Source of the DNA: Octopus sinensis
Lineage: Eukaryota
Direction: 5' to 3'
Length of the DNA: 64,000 bases
Assembly: GCF_006345805.1 (NCBI RefSeq)
Contig: NW_021832867.1
Location: 1 to 64,000, forward strand
Part shown: one piece after another, positions 1 to 11,576 of the stretch
How positions within the stretch are numbered: position 1 is the first letter of the stretch
How the letters are laid out: each line of letters opens with the position of its first letter
Notes under the pieces: model-generated
Told to the model about the DNA's origin: nothing
What the model saw: the letters and a program-made list of their open reading frames with translations, nothing else
Database searches by the model: none
Position numbers and translations under genes: made by a program

Positions 1-1109
1 AATTTCAATTTACTTAAGACATGTTAAAACCGGACAAAAATAAAAAAAAAGTCATTTAGTAGTTAAGATGTCCACTATTTGCACTGAAAATTTTATAACA
101 TCTATTTTTCATAGACATTACTAGTTTTTTCAATAATCCTGGTGATATTATATTCCATATTTCTGTTAATTTGTCCTTTAGTTGCATTTTTGTTTTTGAC
201 TACATTTTTTGATAAGTCCTCTTCATTTCTGTCCATAGATGTTCTATCGGGTTTAGATCCGGTCGAGCAAGGCATTGAAGTAAAATATGTTTTTTTCTTT
301 AATATAATCTTGTATCATTTTAGATTTATGGAAAGGTGCATTATCCTGTTGTAAAATAAATGAGTCTATCCCGAATTTTTTGGCACTTTCGAATATATTA
401 TGTCACATGGGCGACTATGTCGCTATGGGCAAGCCAGTCCTTTTACGTGTTTTCTATGGAAACCGCAGAAAAGGTATTAAATATTGAATATAGCAATTTA
501 TATATGGAAGGTGTACGATTAATCAATTATTCTAATTTAAAATACATTTGAATTATATTTTAAAAATGGCTTACCCAAAGTATATTAATTTTAACATCGT
601 GGTTACTCACACTTTGTGAGTCTGGGTTTAGGGGTTACGTTAGAAATATTTAACGAATACAATCAAATTAAGGAAGCGTTAATCGGGATATTCCCGGAGG
701 ATATGAATGCTCGAAGCAAACACCGCTTGGCAAAAAGGCTTCCAATTTTTGTCAAAATGTCTGAAGAATCGTCAGCAGAAACATCATTTAATTTCGAGTT
801 AGGGTTGGGTTAAGGTTAGGGTTAGATTTTGAATATTTATGTTGTCACAAAATCATTAAAAATAGCTTGTCCGGTTTTCGGTGACGAGGGGTGTAGATGG
901 CCCATTTATGACAATTCCATCTTTATTTAATCAACTCTACACAATTCATGGGGTATAAATAATAAAGTTTTGCTTCTTGTGTATATTCTAATGTCTAATT
1001 ATTAAAAAATCAAAATTTCAAAAGTTATACTCATGGACGCGTGTCAGTGTTTTGCCATCCCTGGCGTAGAGCAACTATACCATTTTCAAGTCAATTTGGC
1101 ACTCAATGG

Positions 1110-3240
1110 GGTTGAGCTCGTTGGTTTCTATTACGTGATGCGTTGGCCACCAGAATCACCTAATCTAAGGATTTCCTTCAGATGTATGCATATGTCTGTT
1201 GTAACGGAGTCGGTTCTACTCCCCTTTCCGAACATAACGGCGACGACTCAGACTTGTGCACATTCCCTGTTGGATCTTCAATGGAAAGGGTTTTCTGGAG
1301 ACAATGATTTTTAATTACACGCGGTTGCGCTCGTTGGTTTTATTAGTGTGTTGCGTTGGCCACCAGAATCACCTAATCTAAGGATTTCCTTCAGATGTAT
1401 GCATATGTCTGTTGTAACGGAGTCGGTTCTACTCCCCTTTCCGAACATAACGGCGACGACTCAGACTTGTGTGCACATTCCTGTTGGATCTTCAATGGAA
1501 AGGGTTTTCTGGAGACAATGATCTTCTTAATTACACGCGGTTGCGCTCGTTGGTTTCTATTAGTGTGATGCGTTGGCCACCAGAATCACCTAATCTAAGG
1601 ATTTCCTTCAGATCTATGCATATGTTGTTGTAACGGAGTCGGTTTACTCCCCTTTCCGAACATAACGGCGACGACTCAGACTTGTGCACATTCTGTTGGA
1701 TCTTCAATGGAAAGGGTTTTCTGGAGACAATGATCTTCTTAATTACACGCGGTGCGCTCGTTGGTTTCTATTAGTGTGATGCGTTGGCCACCAGAATCAC
1801 CTAATCTAAGGATTTCCTTCAGATCTATGCATATGTTTGTTGTAACGGAGTCGGTCTACTCCCTTTCCGAACATAACGGCGACGACTCAGACTTGTGCAC
1901 ATTCCCTGTTGATCTTCAATGGAAAGGGTTTTCTGGAGACAATGATCTTCTTAATTACCGCGGTGCGCTCGTTGGTTTCTATTAGTGTGTTGCGTTGGCA
2001 CCAGAATCACCTAATCAAGGATTTCCTTCAGATCTATGCATATGTCTGTTGTAACGGAGTCGGGTCTACTCCCCTTCCGAACATAACGGCGACGACTCAG
2101 ACTTGTGCACATTCCCTGTTGGATCTTCAATGGAAAGGGTTTTCTGGAGACAATGATCTTCTTAATTACACGCGGTTGCGCTCGTTGGTTTCTATTAGTG
2201 TGATTGCGTTGGCCACCAGAATCACCTAATCTAAGGATTTCCTTCAGATGTATGCATATGTCTGTTGTAACGGAGTCGGTTCTACTCCCCTTTCCGAACA
2301 TAACGGCGACGACTCAGACTTGTGCACATTCCCTGTTGGATCTTCAATGGAAAGGGTTTTCTGGAGACAATGATCTTCTTAATTACACGCGGTTGCGCTC
2401 GTTGGTTTCTATTAGTGTGTTGCGTTGGCCACCAGAATCACCTAATCTAAGGATTTCCTTCAGATGTATGCATATGTTGTTGTGTAACGGAGTCGGTTCT
2501 ACTCCCTTCCGAACATAACGGCGACGACTCAGACTTGTGCACATTCCTGTTGGATCTTCAATGGAAAGGGTTTTCTGGAGACAATGATCTTCTTAATTAC
2601 ACGCGGTTGCGCTCGTTGGTTCTATTAGTGTGATGCGTTGGCACCAGAATCACCTAATAAGGATTTCCTTCAGATCTATGCATATGTCTGTTTGTAACGG
2701 AGTCGGTTCTACTCCCCTTTCCGAACATAACGGCGACGACTCAGACTTGTGCACATTCCCTGTTGGATCTTCAATGGAAAGGGTTTTCTGGAGACAATGA
2801 TCTTCTTAATTACACGCGGTTGCGCTCGTTGGTTTCTATTAGTGTGATGCGTTGGCCACCAGAATCACCTAATCTAAGGATTTCCTTCAGATCTATGCAT
2901 ATGTCTGTTGTAACGGAGTCGGTTCTACTCCCCTTTCCGAACATAACGGCGACGACTCAGACGTGCACATTCCCTGTTGGATCTTCAATGGAAAGGGTTT
3001 TCTGGAGACAATGATCTTCTTAATTACACGCGGTTGCGCTCGTTGGTTTCTATTAGTGTGATGCGTTGGCCACCAGAATCACCTAATCTAAGGATTTCCT
3101 TCAGATCTATGATATGTCTGTTGTAACGGAGTCGGTTCTACTCCCCTTTCCGAACATAACGGCGACGACTCAGACTTGTGCACATTCCATGTTGGATCTT
3201 CAATGGAAAGGGTTTTCTGGAGACAATGATCTTCTTAATT
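1110..3240. repeat. Tandem satellite array, about 10 copies of a 216-bp consensus unit
   Basis: The landmark GCGGT(T)GCGCTCGTTGG recurs at 1321, 1537, 1749, 1960, 2172, 2389, 2603, 2816 and 3030 (spacing 211-217). Copies differ mostly by 1-2-nt indels. Confidence 0.97.
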
Positions 3241-3415
3241 AGTTCGGATTCTTGTTCTCATTTTCTTTTCTTTAAAAAAAAAAAAAAAAAAAAAAATTTG
3301 CTTAGTGAACCCCAAATTTACAATTACAAATTTCAAATGTCATCTGGATAATTCAATTGTCAATTATAAACAAATGTCATCTGAAAAATCAATTTGTTCG
3401 ATTAAAATTTCAAAT

Positions 3416-3580
3416 CACGATCCAAGAGGTTTTCTTGGCTCCTGGAACGTCTGTCGATTGCGTGATCCGAGGGGAACGTCTTCGCCATTCGCGCGGCTGG
3501 TCGGTCGGGTGTCTCGTGAGGCCTTTAACTAACTTAGCTATCTGTAATTTTTGTCTTGAAAAAAAAAAAAAAAAAAAAAA
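3416..3580 (+). mobile_element. CRE-clade non-LTR retrotransposon, 5'-truncated 3' tip with poly(A)
   Basis: With small indels it reads HDPRE..WLLERLSIAVIRGNVFAIRAAG, followed by a short UTR and A22 (3559-3580). Flanks are TTTCAAAT / TTTAAAAT (imperfect TSD). Confidence 0.85.
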
Positions 3581-3660
3581 TTTAAAATGTCATCTGGATA
3601 ATTCAATTTGTTGATTATAAACTTCAAATGTCATCTGAAAAACTCAATTTGTCAATTAAA

Positions 3661-4372
3661 TTTACTTTAATACAGTCAAATTAATTAATAGAGAATTAAT
3701 GTCGTGAACTTGAGGGTTAGCCGACGACGAAGCACTGCGGATAGAGAGGCAGTTCCCGCGAAGAATTGCAACCGAGATGCGCTGGAAAAGCCAGCTCGTC
3801 TCCCTCCGGTCATTTGTATTCTGTGAGATTCTTCCTCCCACAACCGTAAAGATTTTCTACCTTCTTTCCAACCACACGGAGGTCTCAAAGGTAGGGGGGA
3901 CAAACTCAACGACGTTCGGAAGCACAGCGTACTTCGTCAACTTCCTTTCTTCTGCCAGCGCACATGCGTAGCCTGTTGTACTGGCTGTTCCTGTGAGCAC
4001 AGTATTGAAAAGGAGTCGACGCAAGTTACATCCCAAACAAGAGACCCTTCCTCCTCTAAAGGGGAATATAGTCATCCCGTCAGGACGCTTTCCGTCACTG
4101 CGGCAGCAGAGCCCCAGTAGGTTCAAGGGTCGATGGGAATCCCGCAGAATCCAAAGCCCTTTTCACCACTTCATTGAGGAGGACGTGGCGGGGAAATCGG
4201 CCAGCACTCCTCCTACAGGACAATGCGTGTGTAAACCGTTCGAAGGAATCAAAAAACCACAGCGACAACGGTGAGGTTGGCAGATTTCAAGTCCAAGTCG
4301 AAGACACACTCCGATACGTATAGTTTCGTCTTCATAAGCAGACCATTGGACGCCAACGGAAGTGCGTTTAGC
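3661..4372 (-). mobile_element. CRE-clade retrotransposon 3' fragment (CCHC knuckle + RLE), frameshifted
   Basis: [51 protein letters not shown] motifs. Confidence 0.9.
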
Positions 4373-4479
4373 CATTGTCAATTATAAATTTCAAATGTCA
4401 TCTGGATAATTCAATTTGTCGATTATAAACTTCAAATGTCATCTGCAAAACTCAAATTTACAATTTGAAATTCAAGTTT

Positions 4480-4850
4480 GCATTTTTGTAGCAGAGCCAG
4501 GAAAGGATGCCGAACTTCCGAATGAAGAGGTCCAAACGTGTCAGGGCAGTAAAATCCCAAACAAGTGATTTCCCTCTCGTGTACGGGTAGATGGTTACGC
4601 CGTCTGGGGTTGCCATCCCCTCTATCGAGACCAGCTGGTTCGAGTTGAGAGTGGAATCCGGCAGCGTCCATGGCCTTTTGATGATGTCATTGGCGGCGGA
4701 ATGTCGGGGAAAACGGCCGGCACTACGAGTGCAAGAAAGTGGGTGCCTTCCCAATGGACCAATCCTCTTTCCACATTTGCAGGGGTGTGGGGTGCACATC
4801 GTAAGCCGAGACGTAGACATAGGCCGATCCTAATCAGACATTGCACTCAT
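4480..4850 (-). mobile_element. CRE-clade retrotransposon internal fragment
   Basis: [29 protein letters not shown] and PDGVTIYPYTRGKSLVWD. Confidence 0.9.
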
Positions 4851-5324
4851 ACAATATAAGTTAGAGCCTCTCGAATTTGGAGTAATGACAAAAGAACGAG
4901 ATCTTATTTTTGATCGTCTTCTTTTCTCTTACAATATAAATTAAGCCAACTTTTTACTGTTGTAACCGACACAGACATTGAATAATTATTTCGTATTTTT
5001 TCCGCACATTCTTTCAAAGTGATCTGAGGATCAACTTCAATCCAATGATTAATTTATTTATATTATTTATTTTTTTTTTGAATGTCTTTTACCTCCTCTT
5101 GGATGTCTTTCTTTATCTTTATTTTCAATCCAATGATAAGCTGTTCTCAAATTAACTCCAAGAGAGGAGCAATCGCCAAAATTTTCATATGCTTTAATTA
5201 TTTAGATGACATTGACAAATTGAATTATCCAGATGACATTTGAAATTTATAGTTGACAAATTGAATTATCCAGATGACATTTGAAGTTTGTAATTGTCAA
5301 ATTGACTTGAAAATGGTATATAGA

Positions 5325-6230
5325 TATTTATTCGTTGTGAAGAAAGAAAAATCTATTTGGCTACAATGTTTAAATACGGATGAAAAACACATCAAAGAGA
5401 ATTTTGCCCGCGAAAGAACAAATATCAAGAAGAAAATCAAAAAGTGTGTTTCCTATATGTCAAGGACCAAGAATGAGATACAGATCCAGGCAATGGAAGC
5501 TCTAAAGGACAATGGAAAGTATTATGAGGCGATCAGAGTACTAAGATGACGTTAACATAGACAACATCTAATCATAAAAGACGAAAATAGAAGTCGAATC
5601 GCAGATTCTGCAGAAGCAGCAGAATTAATTTCGGCACAGTTTAAGAAACTGTTTAAATCTAAAATAGATATGTCAAGAGCTTTTGACTCGATGAATTGTC
5701 AGAAATTGATAGATTCCTTACAGAATTCCTTGATGAATCTTCTACCTGGATGATCAGAGCATTCTTATCAGAAATCTATCGGCAAGCCTACGAAAAAAGT
5801 GCTCTAAGCAATTGAAACAAAATCGGGAACACCTCAAGACGGGTCCGTTATCTCCTATTCTGTTTGTCGTATATTGGAAGCTGCATTGAGAGATTTAAAA
5901 CCATGATATAAAGGAAAGACCAATTTGGTGGCATACGCAAATGACGTGGATTTTATTTCCTCCGACAGGAATGGTCTAGAAACCCTCTAGTTTCTCGTTG
6001 TAAATCCGGAGAAAACAAAATTTACTGAACTTGTCAGACAAATGTCTAAGTTAGACGTACATTGTAAAAAAGTAGGAAACTTTGATCTCTATTTAGAGAT
6101 GAACAAAAGGTGAATTTGCGAAAAACACACGCAAACAGCCGCTATGTAGCCTAAAGAAAAATTGGCTAAAGTGTAAATGACTTAGTAAACAAACACAGAT
6201 GCGCTTATACAATTCACTGGTAAAACCTAT
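5325..6230 (+). mobile_element. Degenerate non-LTR reverse transcriptase fragment (RTE-like)
   Basis: Eroded RT motifs IDMSRAFDS, GTPQ(G)..LSPILF and VAYANDVDF (the YADD position), with many stops and frameshifts. Confidence 0.65.
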
Positions 6231-7840
6231 CCTCTATAATGACGGAACATGGGGACTTTCTGATACAGCCAATGTTAGATATCTGGTTGCCTCCTGGACA
6301 ACGAATTTGTTGCCTTCAAATGGGAAAGTGTCTGGTTTGGGAAGTAAACTCCTTTTCCACCCAAAGCATACGTGATTATTCAAAAACCCTGGAACCCCAT
6401 CTAAACGGGGCGGAGGGCAGAAATTCAAGAAGTATGTTGATGTCAGAAATGGCAGAGTATTTCTACTCTTGTCAGTTAAGACATCCGAAATATAGAAGCC
6501 TTCCACTTGAAGCCCGCTCCAGAGGACGAGAAGCAGAGTGAGCGGATAGGAATGCCAGAAAGGCCAGATCGGAATAGGATCTCATGCCAACGGCCCCACA
6601 GTGCACAGGTAAAGATGCCTGGGTCCAGCCGGGAAAGTCAGAAACAAGGTTACCTCTGTGAAAACAGGGTATACATAAATGATCTTGGATCTTAACGTGT
6701 ATAGGATCTTGGAGGCGGTAAAGTAGTTTTAAAGGAGGAAAAGAGCCACTGAGCCCAGGGGATCATCTTCTGGACCCCCTTGGACTAAGAGATAGGAACA
6801 TCGTCGAACATAAAGATGCTTGGGAAGCATATGAGAGATGCACAAGAGGATATGCAAAAGAACAAGTCTGTGGCAGCACTCCAGCAGGTGATCATGTCTG
6901 ATGGAATTGAAAGCGTTCGAAAAGTCGAATTTAATTATGATAAACTCATCATTAATTCTAGTAATTCACGAATCGAATGAACAGCCGCTTCGTAGCTATT
7001 TGAGACACTGACTCGAGTTGGGGAGGTATAAACTCCGAAGATAAGTAGGGGACAATAACGTAGCATAGAAGAGAGCCTCCGGAAAATATTTCCTACGGTG
7101 ATGCATCTCAGGCCGTTGTCTTTTTTCCAGAGGGCAGTAAGATTAGAAGAAAAGAAGATCCCGCGTGCAAAATTAGAAAAAAAAGCCGGAAATAAAACGA
7201 ATTTATAATTGTACGTAATAATCTCAGTCCAGCTTCAGAGGTGATGGGAGCAGTCAAATCCTTTAGAAGACCAAGGTTTAGGCCATCTACTCCACCACTG
7301 TTTCCTACGGAAAAGTTCCTCAGGGCTTTCAGTACGAAGTCTTCCGAGGCCACAAAGGGATTGACAGCAATTGTGGCAGGGGACGACTGAATTCTAAGTC
7401 GTGAAGTTGAAAGAGGGATGCTTCTCCCTGACAGAATTCAAGACGTCCTGTGTCGAGAACAAAATGGAACTCGTCGAGGCAACAAGCCGACAGCTCGATG
7501 AACATCGCCACCCACGAGTTTGCTATTATCTTTCTGTGGAGATAGTCGTCATCATTCACGGGAGCGTTATGGGAGCTTTAATCAGAAGGAGTCTCTGAAT
7601 TGACGAGATAGGCCTGCAAATAGCGAAGAGAAAAACAGTTCTCGTCGTAAAAGCCCAATTCTTGTTTAATGATCGTAGCAAACGAGGAGGAAAAGGTTTT
7701 GGAGACTCTGGATAGGAGTAAGCCGGGGCCGAAAGAAGCAAACCAGAGCAGCTTAAACCATTCGGATTGCCCATCAACGTGATACAAAGCCTATATGGAA
7801 AAATTATCTGTTGAAAGTCCGACGAAAACATACATTCAGG
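6230..7840 (-). mobile_element. Degraded CRE-clade RT region
   Basis: VLKALRNFSVGNSGGVDGL..LLKDL (CRE pre-RT block), an eroded GVQ.DPLG motif near 6780, and the downstream thumb region. Confidence 0.75.
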
Positions 7841-7844
7841 TACT

Positions 7845-7960
7845 TGTGATAAGACACTAGAAAGCATGGTAGTGGAGCATAGCATTTATACGTCACAAGA
7901 AAAATTCATTACGGCAACCAGCCAGTTGAAATGACAAACCAATTTTGCCAAGACTTTAGT
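7845..7960 (+). mobile_element. R4-clade retrotransposon 3' fragment
   Basis: Nucleotide similarity to 29790-29915 (ACACT(A/G)GAAAGCATGGTAGTG...CAGCCAGTTG). Confidence 0.7.
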
Positions 7961-8429
7961 GGATTTGAGAACGAAAGAGATAGAATGGGTCCTAGAAATA
8001 GGCTTAGAGAACGGGAAAGAATCTGGGGAATGGTAAACGCCAGGAATCGTAGTGGCGAAATGAGGGACATACCAACGATAGAATAGGTTCCGAAGTGCAG
8101 CCAGTTAGACACAAGAGAGAGAGATAAAAAAAACAGAAAACAAGATCACACGCCTCTTTCTTTTGTAACCACGCTGCAGAATTTGCACAGAGGAACGGCA
8201 ATGGACGCAGGATGAGAGGAAGCCATTTGGGGGATTGGGACCGGTACGAATAATGGATAGAAAAGGATAGTTGAGAGAAAGAAATACAAATGATTGTACA
8301 AAATAAGATTAAACCACAATACCACAACGTACACAATAATCACACCACAACGTCAACGTATTTAATTTCAAGGGTCGAGCATATTAAGATTTGAGAAATT
8401 CTGCGAAATTTGTAAATTAAAAAATGATT

Positions 8430-8863
8430 CCCTAAGCTCAGCCCCCTTGGCTGAAGACTAAGCTATGGATAATGGATTTGGATGGTCGTGAGTTCGATTC
8501 CGAAGGAAAACAGTTTTCATCCTGGGGCTAATTCTCGTTATCGTTCCCCTGCCCGTGAGGCAACGAGTACTTCTGGCACGACACAGTGGAAATGGGGATC
8601 TCTTACCTTCCGGGCTTAGCGTGGCGTTACGGGGTCCACCTTGTCAGTTGGAAATTCCTTCGGATATGGCAACGCTCAGGAGGCACTTATGCCTTCCGAA
8701 AAAGGACTCTTAGCTTCTCAGACCTGGGACATCGTCGTCTCAGGCCGATCTTGCGGGAAGGATTGAACCTTTCAGAAGGATCTCCCTCGTTTGGATCGGC
8801 GATCAAGGGATTAAACTATAATTAACGGCTTGCCCGTTGGTCTTTAAATAATAATAATAATAA
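8430..8863 (+). mobile_element. Putative tRNA-derived SINE-like element
   Basis: A-box-like TGGCTGAAG (8448) and B-box GAGTTCGATTCC (8490-8501) at tRNA-like spacing, a GC-rich non-coding body, and a (TAA)5 tail at 8849-8863. The T-stem does not pair, so it is not a tRNA. Confidence 0.45.
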
Positions 8864-8929
8864 TTGCTTTGAGAGGCAATTATGCTAAGCCGAAAATGAG
8901 TTAATAATTCTTCCCAAGAAAAGTAACCA

Positions 8930-9190
8930 AAATTGTCACTAGACGTCCCAATTCCACGAAGCCTTTGTTTTTTCCACTCTAGTGTACTTTAATATCAGAA
9001 ACTAATCTATTATCTATCAGAAAGAAATTTATTTACCCTGTGATTGTACAATCTGGGCATGTGATGCTCACTTCCAAGATAACAATCTCCCCGGTGATCT
9101 TATCGTAGATTACTCGGGTTTCTTGTGCTAGACAACAATAAAAGTAGATATTGCGGTATCCGCCTTAATTCACATTTTTGAAACCACACT
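8930..9190 (-). mobile_element. R4-clade RLE-domain fragment, eroded
   Basis: GTGATGCTCAC..GATAACAA..TTATCGT is similar to the R4 fragment at 11520-11574. Confidence 0.5.
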
Positions 9191-9248
9191 ACACAAATAA
9201 ACCACAATTAAGCATTTAAATACAATGAAGAAATCATAAAATAATCAA

Positions 9249-10855
9249 ATGGAATCATCGTTGTCAAAAAGTATGATTAAGTGAATGATATCCATATAGA
9301 AAAGATATCCATCCGGGGAAGAATAATTATGGGACTTGGCACATTCTGGTGCCTTGCAGTGACGTATATGCAACGGCAAAACATCAACGTTGTGATCGCA
9401 CAAATAGTGTCAATAAATTCACCCGAAAAAAACGTTGAATAAATTCATGGTAAATTTAGATATATGAATGGACTAAGATGCAAAAGGTGTAGTCTTGATG
9501 TCATTTTATGCCGGATATTGTTTGACACAAATCATTGGAGGTGTCTCAGCAGAAAAATACGGTTCAAAAGTCACTCTGCTTGTATCAATATTTGTATCCT
9601 CTGCCGCGACATTCGCAACTCCAGCCGCCTTTGATGCATCACCATATGTTCTTGTAGTCATCAGAATATTAACAGGAGCCGCACAGGTTGAATATATGAC
9701 AGTATTTCAGGGAGTTTTTTTTCCTTCTTTTCTGGTAATTGCCGCTAATTGGTTTCCTCCAGAATACAGAGTTTCTGCTATAGGACTAATGTTTCCTGGT
9801 CAGTTATAGATTTTCAATTATTTAGGGACGTATTTTGGTACTATTCTTTCTTTGTTTCTTGCTTCTGGACTTGCAAAAAACGTAGCATTGTGGAGAATAT
9901 CTTTTTATATATTAGGCGAGTTAACAAAATACTTATTTTAGGAATTATTGGAATTATCTGGATCATTTTATGGATAATATTTGTTAGCGATGACCCTAAA
10001 AACCACAGATGGAGCAAGAGTGATGAAAAATCCTTTTTGGCATCAAATGTCGAAAGAAAGCAGGTCACAAACATCAAAGTTTTTTAACTCATTCATAAAC
10101 AACTAGAAAATACCAGTAATGAAAATGGTAAAATCTGTTCCTTTGATTGCACTTATAATTTGTCATTTTTCGATTGCTTGGAGCTTCTTTCTTGTTGTGA
10201 CAATTGCCCCTTCAATGATTAAGGATTTGTATTATGTCAGTGTCAAGAATGTAATTATTGTTGTTGTATTAAAGCAAACGTACATTACTTTTACGATTCC
10301 TTTGGTAACATGGATTGGAGGAACCGTTTCTTGTATGATGTGCGACTTTTTTCAAAAAAAATATTCGATTTCTAAATTAAGAATAAGAAAAACTGCTGCT
10401 TTTTTTGGTTTGATGCATTTTATACAATTGATACAGCCCTGTTACCAGTGAGCATATTATTGTTATTTGCAACACTTATTCATCCTAATAAATACTATTA
10501 CGGAGTCTTTCTGATTGTCCTTTCCTGTTTTTTCTCAGGGACTTTTGTTTCAGTATCGATGGGTAATATTGGAGATATTGCTCCTCAATATTACGGCATC
10601 ATTTCTGGAATCATCAATACTTTGGGAGCAATTTCGGGTCTTATTGCAATTCAGACATCATATCAATTCGTTTCAGATAATGTGACATTTTTTACAAAAT
10701 TGTTATAGCATGATCCACGGCAATGGCAAAATGTATTTTTATTAATGTTGGGAGTACATCTTGTCGGATTGATTGTTTTTCTTTGTTATGCAGAAGCAAA
10801 AATTCAAAAATGGGCAATTCAAAAACCCGAGGATGATCAAATTTCAGAGCTATAA
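9249..10855 (+). CDS. SLC17-family (sialin / vesicular anion) MFS transporter, multi-exon with tiny introns
   Basis: EW...QKGVVLMSFYAGYCLTQIIGG..AEKYGSK, RILTGAAQ(G)VFFP...WFPP, DIAPQYYGIISGIINTLGAISG, ..KIQKWA; introns of 24-29 nt (e.g. 9271-9299). One homopolymer indel is needed near 9483. Confidence 0.88.
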
Positions 10856-11576
10856 ACCCTTGAAAAATTAAAAAAAATTAACTTTATTAATAAAAAGATA
10901 ATTATTTGCCTAATAAGTCCTCGGAGCTGAGTGGTTTAGTATCTGCTCTTGTTCTATAATAAAAGATTCTTTTTGTGCGGCTGGGGCCAGGGAAATTTCA
11001 GTTACCTACGGCCCTCTGATTTTGTGTTGCGTTTATTGTTTTTGTCGTTGCAAGTCTTCGGAAAGTGTCACAGTTGTTCCAACAAATCGGAATAGCTGTC
11101 GTTTGCGGCACACTCCATCCTGCGTGCAACCGGAAGTGTTTTTTGACCGTGCTCTTTTTTCTTAAATTTACGTTTTTTTGATAATAACTAAGTCCTAAGT
11201 CTTCGAAGTAAACAAGAGGCTTAACTCAACACACCTTCTTCCCCTTCTCTCTCACTTTTCTGGCTCTTTAGATTTCTGAGGAAATATAGTCCCGGCCTCT
11301 CGCTGACAAAATGTCAAGAAAAGATTCTCGGATCCTCTTAAGAACAGTTGGCTGCATATAAGCATGTACAGATTTAGCTACACCTAACTATTTTATTTAC
11401 ACCATGTGATATTCAGAACAACATGGACTTTAGACTGGTGCATTAGCTCTGGCTCGTTTGCACTAAAGTCATATTTCCTCCTTTCCTTTACTATAATTGT
11501 CTGCAAATAATCTAGGTACGTGATGCTCACCTTCACGATAACAAACTTTCCGGCTACTTTATCGTGAACCACAATA

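Larger units (their letters stand above)
3320..4470 (+). repeat. Blocks of ~41-bp subrepeat (TTTCAAATGTCATCTGGATAATTCAATTTGTCAATTATAAA) at 3320-3415, 3581-3660 and 4378-4470
   Basis: Direct visual match of the unit. Variants with ATCTGGATAA and ATCTGAAAAA alternate. An inverted block lies at 5204-5297. Confidence 0.9.
1076..5320. mobile_element. TIR-bounded non-autonomous DNA transposon / foldback-like element with 41-bp subterminal repeats, carrying nested insertions
   Basis: TATACCATTTTCAAGTCAATTTG at 1076-1098 is the exact reverse complement of 5298-5320; the outer TA/TATA may be the TSD. The inner right arm (5204-5297) is an inverted copy of the 41-bp repeats at 3320-4470. No transposase is seen. 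Confidence 0.7.

Noticed and set aside
799-825. TTAGGG-like run (TTAGGGTTGGGTTAAGGTTAGGGTTAG) as a telomere or telomere-addition site
   Set aside because: Only about four degenerate units, internal, with ordinary sequence on both sides.
26-878. 12-bp inverted repeat AAAACCGGACAA (26-37) / TTGTCCGGTTTT (867-878) as transposon ends
   Set aside because: Short, no TSD, and the left context is cut by the window edge; it may be a subterminal motif but cannot be supported.
1033-3014. ORF-track peptides in the satellite as a genuine repeat-protein gene
   Set aside because: Frames are broken by indels in most copies, there is no recognisable domain or signal peptide, and the 1033 start is out of register with the consensus frame. 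Kept only as part of the array finding.
1110-5297. 216-bp or 41-bp repeats as a CRISPR-like array
   Set aside because: There are no unique spacers of regular length (the intervening pieces are retrotransposon fragments), no cas genes, and the context is eukaryotic.
8435-8510. tRNA gene
   Set aside because: A B-box is present but the T-stem and acceptor stem do not pair.
10920-10960. Pol III A-box-like GAGCTGAGTGGTTTAG as a SINE head
   Set aside because: No B-box; it lies in the antisense of the R4 element's C-terminal region.
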